This document shows positions 10,620 to 22,994 of a DNA stretch of 32,000 nt, piece after piece. The stretch is from NCBI RefSeq assembly GCF_001457615.1, contig NZ_LN831024.1, forward strand, positions 2,490,001-2,522,000. Direction: 5' to 3'. The DNA comes from Pseudomonas aeruginosa (GTDB lineage Bacteria; Pseudomonadota; Gammaproteobacteria; Pseudomonadales; Pseudomonadaceae). The notes beneath the pieces were generated by a model, which saw only the letters and a list, made by a program, of their open reading frames with translations, was not told the DNA's origin and ran no database searches. Position 1 is the first letter of the stretch. Each line of letters begins with the position of its first letter. The translations under genes were made by a program, and so were the position numbers.

Positions 10620-12149
10620 CTACCGTCCTGCAAGGGTGGAAAGGGCTGCGCCCAGCCATTGCTGCACGCCGTGCATGCTGGCCGCGGAGATGTCCAGCAC
10701 TGGCTGCGGGTAGACCCCGAGCAGGACCAGCAGGACCGCCAGGCCGAGCACCATGCTCAGTTCGCGGGCATCGAGGCCGAGGATCGGCTCGTCGGACTGG
10801 CTGGGGCCGAAGTAGGCGCGGTGGATCATGATCAGCGAGTAGACCGAGGCGAAGACCAGGCCGAAGGTGGCGATCACGATGATCACCGGGACCACCTTGA
10901 AGGCGCCGATCAGGATCAGGAACTCCCCGACGAAGTTGCCGGTACCGGGCAGGCCCAGCGACGCCGAGGCGAAGAACAGGCTGATCGCCGGCAGGTAGGG
11001 CATGCGCGACCACAGGCCGCCCATCTTGCGCATGTCACGGGTATGCAGGCGCTCGTAGAGCTGGCCGCAGAGGATGAACAGCGCCGCGGCGGAGAGGCCG
11101 TGGGCGATCATCTGCACCACCACGCCCTGCAGCGCGACCTGGCTGCCGGAGTAGATGCCGATCATCACGAAGCCCATGTGCGAAACGCTGGAGTAGGCGA
11201 CCAGGCGCTTGATGTCGGTCTGCGCGAAGGACAGCAGGGCACCGTAGAAGATGCCGATGATGCCGAGCCACATGGCGATCGGCGCGAATTCCGCCGAGGC
11301 GTTGGGGAACAGCGGCAGGGCGAAGCGGATCAGGCCGTAGGCGGCGGTCTTCAGGAGGATGCCGGCGAGGTCCACGGAGCCGGCGGTGGGCGCCTGGGCG
11401 TGGGCGTCCGGCAGCCAGGAATGCACCGGCACCACCGGCATCTTCACCGCGAAGGCGACGAAGAAGCCGAGCATCAGCAGCCATTCCACGTGGGGGCTCA
11501 GCTGGGTCTTCAGCAGGGTGGCGTAGTCGAAGGTGATCACGCCGGTGGCATTGAAGTTGACGAACACCAGGCCGAGGATCGCCACCAGCATCACCAGGCC
11601 GCTGGCCTGGGTGAAGATGAAGAACTTGGTGGCGGCGTAGATGCGGGTCTTCTTGCCGTCATCGGAACTGTGTCCCCACAGCGCGATGAGGAAGTACATC
11701 GGCACCAGCATCATTTCCCAGAAGAAGAAGAACAGGAACAGGTCGATGGCGAGGAACACGCCGATCACACCGCCCAGGATCCACAGCAGGTTCAGATGGA
11801 AGAAGCCGATGCGGCGCTGGATCTCGTTCCAGGAGCAGAGGACCGAGAGCACACCGAGCAGGCCGGTGAGGGCGACCATCAGCAGCGACAGGCCATCCAT
11901 CGCCAGGTGGATGCTGATGCCGAGACGCTCGATCCACAGCACCTTGAATTGCAGGGTCCATTCCGGCTCGCCGCCGGGCGCGGGCGCCAGCTGGAAGTCG
12001 CCGGTGGCCCAGATCCACAGGCTCAGGATCAGGACCAGGGTCATCGAAAGCAGCGCGATCCAGCGGGGCAGGGTCTTGCTGCTGTGTTCGGCGATCCAGC
12101 AGAGGAAACCGCCGATGAAGGGGATCAGGATTAGCCAGGGCAGAATCAT
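10620..12149 (-). CDS. nuoM: NADH-quinone oxidoreductase subunit M
   Basis: 509 aa; [22 protein letters not shown]...[59 protein letters not shown]-type Mrp/NuoM motifs. Confidence 0.97.
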   Translation of the reverse strand: MILPWLILIPFIGGFLCWIAEHSSKTLPRWIALLSMTLVLILSLWIWATGDFQLAPAPGGEPEWTLQFKVLWIERLGISIHLAMDGLSLLMVALTGLLGVLSVLCSWNEIQRRIGFFHLNLLWILGGVIGVFLAIDLFLFFFFWEMMLVPMYFLIALWGHSSDDGKKTRIYAATKFFIFTQASGLVMLVAILGLVFVNFNATGVITFDYATLLKTQLSPHVEWLLMLGFFVAFAVKMPVVPVHSWLPDAHAQAPTAGSVDLAGILLKTAAYGLIRFALPLFPNASAEFAPIAMWLGIIGIFYGALLSFAQTDIKRLVAYSSVSHMGFVMIGIYSGSQVALQGVVVQMIAHGLSAAALFILCGQLYERLHTRDMRKMGGLWSRMPYLPAISLFFASASLGLPGTGNFVGEFLILIGAFKVVPVIIVIATFGLVFASVYSLIMIHRAYFGPSQSDEPILGLDARELSMVLGLAVLLVLLGVYPQPVLDISAASMHGVQQWLGAALSTLAGR

Positions 12150-12176
12150 GACAGGCTCAGTCTCTCCGTGAATTCG

Positions 12177-14024
12177 TTAGGCCAGCAGCAGCGCGCCGAG
12201 CAGGATGGCGGCGCCACCCACCAGGGAAGCGGCGTACCAGCGCAGGCGGCCGTTCTCGGTGAGGCTGAGGAGGTTGTGTCCGCCGCGCACGCTGAACGGA
12301 ACGACGCCCAGGGTACGGTCGATGGGGTCGCGCCCCAGCAATTGGCAGAGCAGCAGGTAGGGTTTCACGAACAGCTTGTCGTACAGCCAGTCGAAGCCCC
12401 AGGCGTGGTACCACCAGGTACCGAAGAAGCGACCCGGGGCGCTCTTCGCCAGGGCGCTGACGAAGCGGCGCTGGCCGAGGAAGAGCAGGGCGGCCAGCAG
12501 GATACCGGCGATGGCGATGGCACCCGAGGCCAGTTCCAGGCTGTGCTTGGCTTCGCCACCGGCGTGGCCGACGCTTTCCGGCAGGACGCCAGCCAGCGGC
12601 GGGGTGATCAGGGCGCCGACGAAGGTCGACAGGACGATCAGCACGCTGAGCGGCAACCAGTGGGAAATCCCGTGGCCGGCGTGGGCTTCGGTCTTCGGCT
12701 CGCCGTGGAAGGCGACGAAGATCAGGCGGAAGGTGTAGATCGAGGTCAGGAACGCACCCACCAGGCCGGCGATCAGCAGTTCGCGATGGCCGCTGGCGAA
12801 GGCCTCCCAGAGGATCTCGTCCTTGGAGTAGAAGCCCGCGGTGAGGAAGGGCAGGGCGGCCAGCGCCGCACCGCCGACCACGAAGCTGGCGTAGGCCAGC
12901 GGCAGCTTCTTCCACAAGCCGCCCATCTTGAAGATGTTCTGCTCGTGGTGGCAGGCGACGATCACCGCGCCCGAGGCAAGGAACAGCAGGGCCTTGAAGA
13001 AGGCGTGGGTCATCAGGTGGAAGATCGCCGCGTCCCAGGCGCCGACGCCGAGGGCGAGGAACATGTAGCCGATCTGGCTCATGGTCGAGTAGGCGAGGAT
13101 GCGCTTGATATCGGTCTGTACCAGGGCGGCGAAGCCGGCCAGGACCAAGGTCACCGCGCCGACGATGCCGACCAGTTCGAGGATGTCCGGGGCCAGGGTG
13201 AACAGGCCGTGGCAACGGGCGATCAGGTAGACGCCGGCGGTCACCATGGTGGCGGCGTGGATCAGCGCGGAGACCGGGGTCGGGCCGGCCATGGCGTCGG
13301 CCAGCCAGGTCTGCAGCGGCAGCTGGGCGGACTTGCCGACCGCGCCGCCGAGCAGGGCCAGGGTCGCCAGGGTCAGCCAGAGGTTGCCTTCCGGGAACTT
13401 CTGCGGCGCCAGCACCAGCAGCTCCTGGATGTTCAGGGTGCCGAACTGCTGGAACAGGATGAACAGGCCGAAAGCCATGAACACGTCGCCGACGCGGGTG
13501 ACGATGAATGCCTTGAGCGCCGCGTTACCGTTGTTGCGATTGCTGTAGTAGAAGCCGATCAGCAGGTAGCTGCACAGGCCCACGCCTTCCCAGCCGAAGT
13601 AGAGGAACAGCAGGTTGTCGCCCAGCACCAGGAACAGCATGCTGGCGATGAACAGGTTGGTGTAGGCGAAGAAGCGCGAATAGCCGGTTTCGCCACGCAT
13701 GTACCAGGAGGCAAACAGGTGGATCAGGAAGCCGACGCCGGTAACCACGCCGAGCATGGTTACCGAGAGGCCGTCCAGGTACAGGGTGAAGTTGGTGCTG
13801 AAGTCGCCGGCCGCCATCCACTGCCACAGCACCAGGCTGTAGGCACCGCCTTCCGGCGGACTGCTGTGGAAGCTGAAGATGGCCCAGGCCGCGCTCAGGG
13901 CGGAGAGGCCGACCGAGCCGACGCCGACCAGCGCCGAAAGGTTTTCCGACCACCTGCCGCGGGAGAACGACAGCAGCAGGAAGCCGACCAGGGGGAACAG
14001 GAAGGTAAGAGGTAGAAGGTTCAT
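12177..14024 (-). CDS. nuoL: NADH-quinone oxidoreductase subunit L
   Basis: 615 aa; [25 protein letters not shown]...[41 protein letters not shown], diagnostic for NuoL. Confidence 0.97.
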
Positions 14025-14329
14025 CCGCGCATCTCGCTGGCAGCGTCGATATCGAGGGTGTGGAAGCGGCGATACAGTTGCAGCAGGATCGCCAGGCCGA
14101 TGCTCGCTTCGGCGGCCGCGAGGCTCAGCACCAGGATGAACATCACCTGGCCGTCGGGTTGGCCCCAGCGGCTGCCGGCGACCACGAAGGCGAGGGCGGC
14201 GGCGTTCATCATCACTTCCAGGCTCATCAGTACGAACAGGATGTTGCGTCGCACCATCAAGCCGACCAGTCCGAGGGCGAACAGGACGCTGGCGAGGGCC
14301 AGGCCGTGTTCCAGTGGTATTGCGTTCAT
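14021..14329 (-). CDS. nuoK: NADH-quinone oxidoreductase subunit K
   Basis: 102 aa; [49 protein letters not shown]; 4-bp overlap with nuoL. Confidence 0.97.
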
Positions 14330-14374
14330 AGCGTTACGTTCCCTTGGGGCGGGCGCAGGGCGCCCGCCGAACCT

Positions 14375-14875
14375 TTATTGTTTGGCGTCTTGACGACCCA
14401 GGTGATAGGCAGCGACCAGGGCCGCGAGCAACAGCATGGAGGCCAGTTCGACCACCAGCAGGTACGGGCCGTAGAGGCTGATGCCGACCGCCTTGGCGTC
14501 TACCGTGGTATGGCCGATGCCGGCACCGCTCGGGGTGCGGGCGAGGACCACCAGCAGTTCCACCAGCAGGACCAGGGCCAGGGCCGAAGGCCCGACCCAG
14601 ATGCCGGGCGTGAGCCACTTGCGCTCCTGCTCGACCACGGCCGGGCCGAGGTTGAGCATCATCACCACGAAGACGAACAGAACCATGATGGCGCCAGCGT
14701 AGACGATGATCTCCAGGGCACCGGCGAAGGGTGCGCCGAGGCTGAAGAAGGTCATCGAGATGGCCAGCAGGGAAATGATCAGGTAGAGCAGGGCATGCAC
14801 CGGGTTGCTGTTGGTGATGACCCGCAGCGTGGCCAGTACGGCGACGCCGGCAGCGAAATAGAAAGCGAATTCCAC
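14375..14875 (-). CDS. nuoJ: NADH-quinone oxidoreductase subunit J
   Basis: 166 aa from GTG 14875, preceded by GGAG: (M)EFAFYFAAGVAVLATLRVITNSNPVHALLYLIISLLAISMTFFSLGAPFAGALEIIVYAGAIMVLFVFVVMMLN. Confidence 0.95.
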   Translation of the reverse strand: MEFAFYFAAGVAVLATLRVITNSNPVHALLYLIISLLAISMTFFSLGAPFAGALEIIVYAGAIMVLFVFVVMMLNLGPAVVEQERKWLTPGIWVGPSALALVLLVELLVVLARTPSGAGIGHTTVDAKAVGISLYGPYLLVVELASMLLLAALVAAYHLGRQDAKQ

Positions 14876-14886
14876 GCGACGTCTCC

Positions 14887-15435
14887 TTATGGCAGCAGGC
14901 TTTTCACGTTGATCGGTTCGGCTTCGTTCTGCGCGGCGCCTTTCGGCTTGCCGGCGATCGCCATCCCCGCAACGCGGTAGTAGTTGTAGTCCGGGTTCTT
15001 GCCCGGCCCGGAGATCAGCAGGTCGTGCTTCTCGTAGACCAGGTCCTGGCGCTTGAACTCGCCCATCTCGAAGTCCGGGGTGAGCTGGATCGCGGTGGTC
15101 GGGCAGGCTTCCTCGCACAGGCCGCAGAAGATGCAGCGCGAGAAGTTGATGCGGAAGAACTCCGGATACCAGCGACCGTCCTCGGTCTCGGCCTTCTGCA
15201 GGGAGATGCAGCCAACCGGACAGGCCACGGCGCACAGGTTGCAGGCTACGCAGCGTTCCTCGCCGTCGGGGTCGCGGGTCAGGACGATCCGGCCACGATA
15301 GCGCGGCGGCAGGTAGACCGGCTCTTCGGGGTATTGCAGGGTGTCGCGCTTGCGGAAGGCATGGCCGAAGATCATCACCAGGCTGCGAAGCTGGGTGAAG
15401 GTGCCATGCACGACGTTGATGATTTCTTTGATCAC
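14887..15435 (-). CDS. nuoI: NADH-quinone oxidoreductase subunit I (two 4Fe-4S ferredoxin motifs)
   Basis: 182 aa from GTG 15435; [12 protein letters not shown] and [12 protein letters not shown] motifs. Confidence 0.97.
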   Translation of the reverse strand: MIKEIINVVHGTFTQLRSLVMIFGHAFRKRDTLQYPEEPVYLPPRYRGRIVLTRDPDGEERCVACNLCAVACPVGCISLQKAETEDGRWYPEFFRINFSRCIFCGLCEEACPTTAIQLTPDFEMGEFKRQDLVYEKHDLLISGPGKNPDYNYYRVAGMAIAGKPKGAAQNEAEPINVKSLLP

Positions 15436-15446
15436 GGTGGTTCTCC

Positions 15447-16442
15447 TTACTGGGCCGCGGCCAGCACGAGCGCGCCGGTCACCAGCAGGTTGATCAGGGT
15501 CAGCGGCAGGCACACCTTCCAGCTGAACGCCATCACCTGGTCATAGCGCGGACGCGGCAGCGAGGCGCGGATCAGGATGAAGAGCATGATGAAGAAGCCG
15601 GTCTTGGCGGCGAAGTAGAAGAACGACAGCCAGGGCAGGGTGTCCAGGAACGGACCGTGCCAGCCGCCGAAGAACAGGGTCGCCAGCAGCGCCGAGACCA
15701 GTACGATGCCGATGTACTCGCCGACGAAGAACATGCCCCATTTCATCCCGGCGTACTCGATGTGGTAGCCGTCCGCCAGTTCCTGCTCCGCTTCCGGCTG
15801 GTCGAACGGGTGACGGTGGGTCACGGCGACGCCGGCGATGATGAAGGTGCAGAAGCCGAAGAACTGCGGAATGATGAACCAGACGTTGTCGATCTGGTAC
15901 TGGACGATGTCGCGCATGTTGAACGAGCCGACCTGGGCGACGATGCCCATCAGCGACAGGGCCAGGAACACCTCGTAGGAGATGGTCTGGGCCGAGGCGC
16001 GCAGGCTGCCGAGCAGGGCGAACTTGTTGTTGCTCGACCAGCCGGCGAACAGCACGGCGTACACCGTCAGGCCGGCCATGGCGAAGAAGAACAGGATGCC
16101 GATGTTCAGGTCCGCCACGCCCCAGGTGGGGGTGATCGGCACGATGGCGAAGGCGACGAGCAGGGCGCCCATCGCGATTACCGGGGCCAGGGTGAAGATC
16201 ATCTTGTCGGCGAACGGCGGGGTCCAGTCCTCCTTGAAGAACATCTTGACCATGTCCGCGCCGAGCTGGAACGCACCGAACGGACCGACCCGGTTGGGGC
16301 CGTAGCGGTCCTGCCAGAGGCCGAGCAGGCGGCGCTCGACCCAGCTTAGCAGGGCGCCGCAGATGACCACGGCGAGCAGCACCACGATGGCCTTGACCAC
16401 GGTGAGGATGATGGTGACCAGAGCGGGAGTCAGCCAACTCAT
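15447..16442 (-). CDS. nuoH: NADH-quinone oxidoreductase subunit H
   Basis: 331 aa; [73 protein letters not shown]. Confidence 0.97.
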
Positions 16443-19156
16443 TGTGCAGCCTCCTGCAGACCTTCCACGGAGCAGCCGGCGATCGCCGCCGGGATACCGG
16501 CGAAGCCGACCGGCAGGCCGATCAGGCCGGCGCCGAGTTGTTCATCGATACGCAGCGGCAGGCGCAGGGCCTGGCCCTTGAGCTGGAAGCCGAGGGTCGC
16601 GCCGTCGTTGACGCCGAGGCGATCCGCGTCTTCCTTGGACAGGGCGACGTAGGTCTCCGGGATGCGCTGCTGGATCGGCGCGGCCCGCGAGCTGTTTTCC
16701 TCGCTGCCGAACAGGTGGTACAGCGGCACTACCTTCCAGCTGTCGGCCTTGGCGCTGAACGGCACCGGCACGGCCTGGAACCAGTCGAGGCCTTCGCCCT
16801 TCGGTTCGATCAGGCGCACGCCGGGGTCGCCGGCGCGCAGGTGGCCGCCGACCTCGTCCTGGAACTTGTTCCAGGCCTGCGGCGAGTTCCAGCCCGGCGA
16901 CCAGGCGAACGGGATCTGCTGACGGTCTTCCTGGCTGCCGGAGTAGCCTTCCATGGAGAAGGCGAACGCCGAGTCGATGTCCTGCGGGGTGCGCGGCTCG
17001 TGCACGCTGATATTGGCGCGCATGGCGGTGCGCCCGCTGTAGCGGTGCGGTTCGCGGGCCAGCTTGAGGCCCTTGATGCGGAACGAGGCGGCCGGTGCGG
17101 CGTCGCGGATGCCGGCCAGGATCGGCTTGGCCTCGGCCACGGCTTCGGTGACGTGGTCCAACTGGGTCCAGTCGACGCGCTTGCCTTGCAGGGTGCTGTG
17201 GATCGCATGCAGCCAGCGCCAGCCCTCGCGGACCATGTTCCTGGCGTCGTAGTAGGTCGGGTCGAACACCTGGAAGAAGCGCTGGGCGCGGCCTTCCTGG
17301 CTGACCAGGGTGCCGTCGCCTTCGGCGAAGCTGGCCGCCGGCAGCACCAGGTGCGCCTTGGCGCTGGTGGCGGTCTGCTGGTGATCGGCGACGATCACCA
17401 CCTTGGCCGCCGCCAGGGCCGCGTCGACACGGGCGGCGTCGGTGCGGCGATAGAGATCGTTCTCCAGCACCACCACGGCGTCGGCCTGTCCGGAGGTCAG
17501 TCGCTCGAGCGCGGCTTCCACGGAGTCGCCGCCGAAGAGCGCCAGGCCGAGGCTGTTGGCTTCGCCGACCACCAGGCTGATGGAACCGTTCTTCTCGCGC
17601 TGCTTGAGGGCCTTGGCGATGTTCGCCGCGGCTTCGATCAATGCCTTGTTGCCCAGCGAGTTGCCGGACACTACCAGCGGACGCTTGGCCGCCAGCAGGG
17701 CATCGGCGATGCGCTGGGCGAAGGCCTGGGCCTGCGGGTCGAGGTCGGCCACGGACGGGGCGCTTGGGTCGATCGCGTGGGCCACGGCGAAGCCGAGGCG
17801 AGCGAGATCGTCCGGCGCGGCGTGAACGGTTTCCTCGGCCACGTCGTCGAGGCGGGTCGCGCTGACGCTGGCGATGAACAGCGGGTTCTGCGCATGCTGG
17901 GCGATGTTCTTCACCGCGGCGTCGAGCCACGGCTGGACCTTCATGTCGGCAGCCATCTCGACGGCCTTGCCCTTCACCGACTGGCGCAGGGCCAGGGCGA
18001 TGCGGGCGGCGGTCTGGGTCAGGTCCTCGCCGAGGACGAAGACCGCGTCGTGGTCCTCGATGTCGCGGATGCTCGGCACCGGCAGCGGGCCTTCCTGCAT
18101 GACCTGCAGGATCAGGCGCAGGCGGTCGAGCTCGCCTTCGTTGATGCCGCTGTAGAAGTTGCCTTCGCCAACCAGCTCGCGCAGGGCGAAGTTGCTTTCC
18201 AGGCTGGCGCGCGGCGAACCGATGCCGACCACCTTGCGCTCCTTCAGCAGGGCGGCGGCCTGGTCGAGGGCGCCGTCCAGGCTCAGCTTCTGCTTGCTCA
18301 GCACCAGCAGCGGCTGGCGCGGACGGTCTTCGCGGTTGACGTAGCCGTAGCCGAAGCGACCGCGGTCGCAGAGGAAGTAGTGGTTGACCGAGCCGTTGTA
18401 GCGGTTCTCGATGCGGCGGATCTCGCCGTAGCGCTCGCCGGGGCTGATGTTGCAGCCGCTGGAGCAGCCGTGGCAGATGCTCGGGGCGAACTGCATGTCC
18501 CACTTGCGGTTGTAGCGCTCGGAGTGGGTCTTGTCGGTGAACACGCCGGTGGGGCAGACCTCGGTGAGGTTGCCGGAGAACTCGCTTTCCAGCACGCCGT
18601 CCTCGACCCGTCCGAAGTAGACGTTGTCGTGGGCGCCGTAGACGCCGAGGTCGGTGCCGCCGGCGTAGTCCTTGTAGTAGCGCACGCAGCGGTAGCAGGC
18701 GATGCAGCGGTTCATCTCATGGGCGATGAACGGGCCGAGTTCCTGGTTCTGGTGGGTGCGTTTGGTGAAGCGGTACCGGCGCTCGTTGTGGCCGGTCATC
18801 ACCGTCATGTCCTGCAGGTGGCAGTGACCGCCTTCCTCGCACACCGGGCAGTCGTGCGGGTGGTTGGTCATCAGCCATTCGACGACGCTGGCGCGGAACT
18901 GCTTGGCCTCTTCGTCTTCGATGGAGATCCAGGTGTTGTCGGTGGCGGGGGTCATGCAGGACATGACGAGGCGACCACGCTTGTCGTTCTCGTCGGTGTA
19001 CTGCTTCACCGCGCACTGGCGGCAGGCGCCGACGCTACCGAGCGCCGGGTGCCAGCAGAAGTAGGGAATGTCGAGACCGAGGGACAGACAGGCCTGCAGG
19101 AGGTTGTCTGCACCATCGACTTCGAGCGTCTTGCCGTCTACGTGGATAGTGGCCAT
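16439..19156 (-). CDS. nuoG: NADH-quinone oxidoreductase subunit G
   Basis: 905 aa; N-terminal 2Fe-2S and 4Fe-4S cluster motifs ([17 protein letters not shown]; [17 protein letters not shown]; CIACYRC) and CHGCSSGC for N7; 4-bp overlap with nuoH. Confidence 0.97.
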
Positions 19157-19287
19157 GGTTCAAGTCTTCGTTGGCCCGTTGTCAGCGGGCGTGGCTAATA
19201 GAAACTCACGGTTCCGTCGGGCCTGCGGCCGGGCCGCGGCACGACGACGAAACATCGCCGGACGGCTGGCCGTCCGGCTGCAAAGCA

Positions 19288-20634
19288 TCAGGCGCCGACC
19301 GTTGCCGGGCGCGGCGCGGCCGAAGGCTGGCGGGAGATGCCCGCCTCGAATTCGGCACGGAAATACTTGAGGGCGCTGCCCAGCGGCTCGACGGCTCCCG
19401 GCGCGTGGGCGCAGAAGGTCTTGCCTGGGCCGAGGAAGTTGACCAGCTGCTCGAGGGTCTCGAGGTCGCCGGGCTGGCCTTCGCCCCGCTCCAGGGCGCG
19501 CAGCAGCTTCACGCTCCACGGCAGGCCATCGCGGCAGGGGGTGCACCAGCCGCAGGACTCGCGGGCGAAGAACTCTTCCATGTTGCGCAGCAGGGAAACC
19601 ATGTTGATGCTGTCGTCCACCGCCATGGCCAGGCCGGTGCCCATCCGGGTGCCGACCTTGGCGATGCCGCCGGCGAACATCTGCGCATCCAGGTGCTCCG
19701 GGAGCAGGAAGCCGGTACCGGCGCCGCCGGGCTGCCAGGCCTTGAGCTGGAAGCCGTCGCGCATGCCGCCGGCGTAGTCCTCGAACAGCTCGCGGGCGCT
19801 GACGCCGAACGGCAGTTCCCACAGGCCGGGGTTCTTCACCTTGCCGGAGAAGCCCATCAGCTTGGTGCCCATGTCTTCGCTGCCGGGGCGGGCCAGGGTC
19901 TTGTACCAGTCCACGCCGTTGCCGACGATGGCCGGCACGTTGCACAGCGTCTCCACGTTGTTCACGCAGGTCGGCTTGCCCCAGACGCCGACGGCGGCAG
20001 GGAAGGGCGGTTTGGAACGCGGGTTGGCGCGGCGGCCTTCCAGCGAGTTGATCAGCGCGGTCTCTTCGCCGCAGATGTAGCGGCCGGCACCGGTGTGGAC
20101 GAACAGCTCGAAATCGAAGCCGCTGCCGAGGATGTTCTTGCCGAGCAGGCCGGCGGCCTTGGCTTCGTCGATGGCGCGGTTGAGGTTGCGCGCCGCGTCG
20201 ACGTATTCGCCGCGCAGGAAGATGTAGCCGCGGTAGGCCTTCAGCGCGCGCGCGGAAATCAGCATGCCTTCCACCAGCAGGTGCGGCAGCTGCTCCATGA
20301 GCATGCGGTCCTTCCAGGTGTTCGGCTCCATCTCGTCCGCGTTGCACAGCAGGTAGCGGATGTTCAGCGACTCGTCCTTCGGCATCAGGCCCCACTTCAC
20401 GCCGGTGGGGAAGCCCGCGCCGCCGCGGCCCTTGAGGCCGGAGTCCTTGACGGTCTGGACGATGTCGTCCTGGGCCATCTGGGTCAGCGCCTTGCGCGCC
20501 GCGGCATAGCCGTCCTTGCTCTGGTATTCCTCGAGCCAGACGGGCTGGGCGTCTTCGCGCAGGCGCCAGGTCAGCGGATGGGTTTCCGCCGAACGCGCCA
20601 TGCGGTTGGCCGGACCAATGGAGGTAAGGGTCAT
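19288..20634 (-). CDS. nuoF: NADH-quinone oxidoreductase subunit F
   Basis: 448 aa; [19 protein letters not shown] (NADH/FMN binding), [12 protein letters not shown] Fe-S motif. Confidence 0.97.
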
Positions 20635-21131
20635 ACGTAGGCCTCCAGCAGTTTGGCGACACCGTCGGGACGCACGTCGCCATGAGTGTCGTCGTCGATC
20701 ATCAGCGCCGGGGCCTTGTCGCAGTTGCCCAGGCAGCAGACCGGGAGCAGGGTGAAGCGTCCGTCGGCGGTAGTCTGGCCGAGACCGATGCCGAGTTGCT
20801 TCTGGATCTCGCCGACCACCGACTCGTGGCCGCCGATGTAGCAGACCATGCTGTCGCAGACGCGGATGATGTGGCGGCCCACCGGCTGGCGGAATATCTG
20901 ACTATAGAAGGTGGCGACGCCTTCGACGTCGCTGGCCGGGATCCCCAGCACCTCGCCGATCGCCGGGATGGCGCCGTCCGGCACCCAGCCGCGCTGTTTC
21001 TGGACGATCTTCAGGGCTTCGATGGACGCCGCGCGCGGGTCCTCGTAGTGATGCATTTCATGCTCGATGGACGAGCGCTCGGTTTCGCTGAGGACGAAAC
21101 GGTCGGTCTGAATCAGGTTGCTCTGGCTCAT
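20631..21131 (-). CDS. nuoE: NADH-quinone oxidoreductase subunit E
   Basis: 166 aa; [26 protein letters not shown] 2Fe-2S ligand pattern; 4-bp overlap with nuoF. Confidence 0.96.
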
Positions 21132-21132
21132 G

Positions 21133-22914
21133 TCAGCGGTCCACGTCAGCCATAACGAAATCGATGCTACCCAGGTAGGCGATCAGGTCCGCGATCATGC
21201 TGCCGTTGATCACCGAGGGGATCTGTTGCAGGTGCGCGAAGCTGGGCGTCCGGATACGCGTGCGGTAGCTCATGGTGCTGCCGTCGCTGGTCAGGTAGTA
21301 GCTGTTGATACCCTTGGTCGCCTCGATCATCTGGAAGGCTTCGTTGGCCGGCATGACCGGGCCCCAGGAAACCTGCAGGAAGTGGGTGATCAGGGTTTCG
21401 ATGTGTTGCAGCGTGCGTTCTTTCGGCGGCGGCGTGGTCAGCGGATGGTCGGCCTTGTAAGGGCCTTCCGGCATGTTCTTCAGGCACTGTTCGATGATCC
21501 GCAGGCTCTGGCGCATCTCGCCCATCTTGACCATGCAGCGGTCGTAGGCGTCGCCGTTGTGGGCCAGCGGTACCTCGAACTCGAAGTTCTCGTAGCCGGA
21601 GTAGGGGCGGGCCTTGCGCAGGTCGAAGTCGCAACCGGTGGCGCGCAGGCCGGCGCCGGTGGTGCCCCACTCGAGGGCTTCCTTGGTGTTGTACTGGGCG
21701 ACGCCGATGGTCCGGCCGCGCAGGATGCTGTTCTTCAGGGCCGCGGTCTCGTACTCGTCGAGGCGCTTGGGCATCCAGTCGAGGAACTCGCGGACCAGCT
21801 TGTCCCAGCCGCGCGGCAGGTCGTGGGCGACGCCGCCGATGCGGTACCAGGCCGGGTGCAGGCGGAAGCCGGTGATGGCCTCGACCACCTTGTAGGCGCG
21901 CTGGCGGTCGGTGAAGGTGAAGAACACCGGGGTCATGGCGCCGACGTCCTGGATATAGGTGCCCAGGTACAGCAGGTGGTTCAGGATACGGAAGAACTCC
22001 GCCATCATGATCCGGATCACGTCGACCCGCTGCGGCACCTTGATCCCGGCGAGCTTCTCCACCGAGAGTACGTAGGGCAGGTTGTTCATCACCCCGCCGA
22101 GGTAGTCGATGCGGTCGGTGTAGGGAATGAAACTGTGCCAGGACTGGCGCTCGGCCATCTTCTCGGCGCCGCGGTGGTGGTAGCCGATCTCCGGGACGCA
22201 GTCGATGATCTCCTCGCCGTCCAGCTGCAGGATGATGCGGAACGCGCCGTGGGCGGACGGGTGGTTCGGGCCGAGGTTGAGGAACATGTAGTCCTCGTTC
22301 TCGCCGTGGCGCTTCATGCCCCAGTCTTCCGGCTTGAAGCGCAGGGCCTCCTGCTCCAGGTCCTGCTTGGCGGCGGACAGGGAGTAGGGATCGAACTCGG
22401 TGGCGCGCGCCGGGTAGTCCTTGCGCAGCGGATGGCCCTGCCAGGTCGGCGGCATCAGCATGCGGGTCAGGTGCGGGTGGCCGGTGAAGGTGATGCCGTA
22501 CATGTCCCACACTTCGCGCTCGTACCAGTTGGCGTTGGGCCAGATACGGGTGGCGGTGGGCAGGTTGAGGTCGCGCTCGGACAAGGCGACCTTGATCATC
22601 ACGTCACTATTACGCTCCAGCGACATCAGGTGGTAGAACACGCTGAAGTCGGCGCTCGGCAGGCCGCGGCGATGGGTGCGCAGCCGCTCGTCGACGCCGT
22701 GCAGGTCGTAGAGCATCACGTAGGGCTTGGGTACCTGACGGAGGAAGGTCAGGACTTCGATCAGTCTTTCGCGCGGAACCCAGAGCACCGGCATGCCGGT
22801 ACGGGTGGGCTGGACGGTGAAGGTCTCGGCGCCAAAGCGGGAATTCAGTTCGACGACGATATCCTGGTCGTCTGCCTTGTAAGGCGGGATGTACAGAGCG
22901 GAGTCTGCAGTCAT
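21133..22914 (-). CDS. nuoC: NADH-quinone oxidoreductase fused subunits C/D
   Basis: 593-aa single ORF: an N-terminal NuoC 30-kDa domain ([19 protein letters not shown]...[23 protein letters not shown]) continuing into the NuoD 49-kDa domain ([25 protein letters not shown]...[12 protein letters not shown]). Also named nuoD/nuoCD. Confidence 0.97.
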   Translation of the reverse strand: MTADSALYIPPYKADDQDIVVELNSRFGAETFTVQPTRTGMPVLWVPRERLIEVLTFLRQVPKPYVMLYDLHGVDERLRTHRRGLPSADFSVFYHLMSLERNSDVMIKVALSERDLNLPTATRIWPNANWYEREVWDMYGITFTGHPHLTRMLMPPTWQGHPLRKDYPARATEFDPYSLSAAKQDLEQEALRFKPEDWGMKRHGENEDYMFLNLGPNHPSAHGAFRIILQLDGEEIIDCVPEIGYHHRGAEKMAERQSWHSFIPYTDRIDYLGGVMNNLPYVLSVEKLAGIKVPQRVDVIRIMMAEFFRILNHLLYLGTYIQDVGAMTPVFFTFTDRQRAYKVVEAITGFRLHPAWYRIGGVAHDLPRGWDKLVREFLDWMPKRLDEYETAALKNSILRGRTIGVAQYNTKEALEWGTTGAGLRATGCDFDLRKARPYSGYENFEFEVPLAHNGDAYDRCMVKMGEMRQSLRIIEQCLKNMPEGPYKADHPLTTPPPKERTLQHIETLITHFLQVSWGPVMPANEAFQMIEATKGINSYYLTSDGSTMSYRTRIRTPSFAHLQQIPSVINGSMIADLIAYLGSIDFVMADVDR

Positions 22915-22994
22915 GGTCTCGGTCGCTTTCGGTCAACGGTGGGGTGAGCGCGGCTGGTCTCGGCCGGCCAGCGGGGCTGGCCGGGAGTTCCGGA

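Noticed and set aside
12168-14015. 615-aa plus-strand ORF antisense to nuoL
   Set aside because: Mirror-frame ORF typical of high-GC codon bias. The translation is low-complexity (rich in Q, A, G, E, H, D) with no domain signal, while the minus strand encodes an unmistakable NuoL.
16442-19198. 918-aa plus-strand ORF antisense to nuoG
   Set aside because: Same high-GC shadow-ORF effect. The antisense protein is Val/Ala/Gly/His-rich and repetitive, whereas minus-strand NuoG has intact Fe-S motifs.
21118-22947. 609-aa plus-strand ORF antisense to nuoCD
   Set aside because: Shadow of a strongly conserved gene; no RBS or recognisable family.
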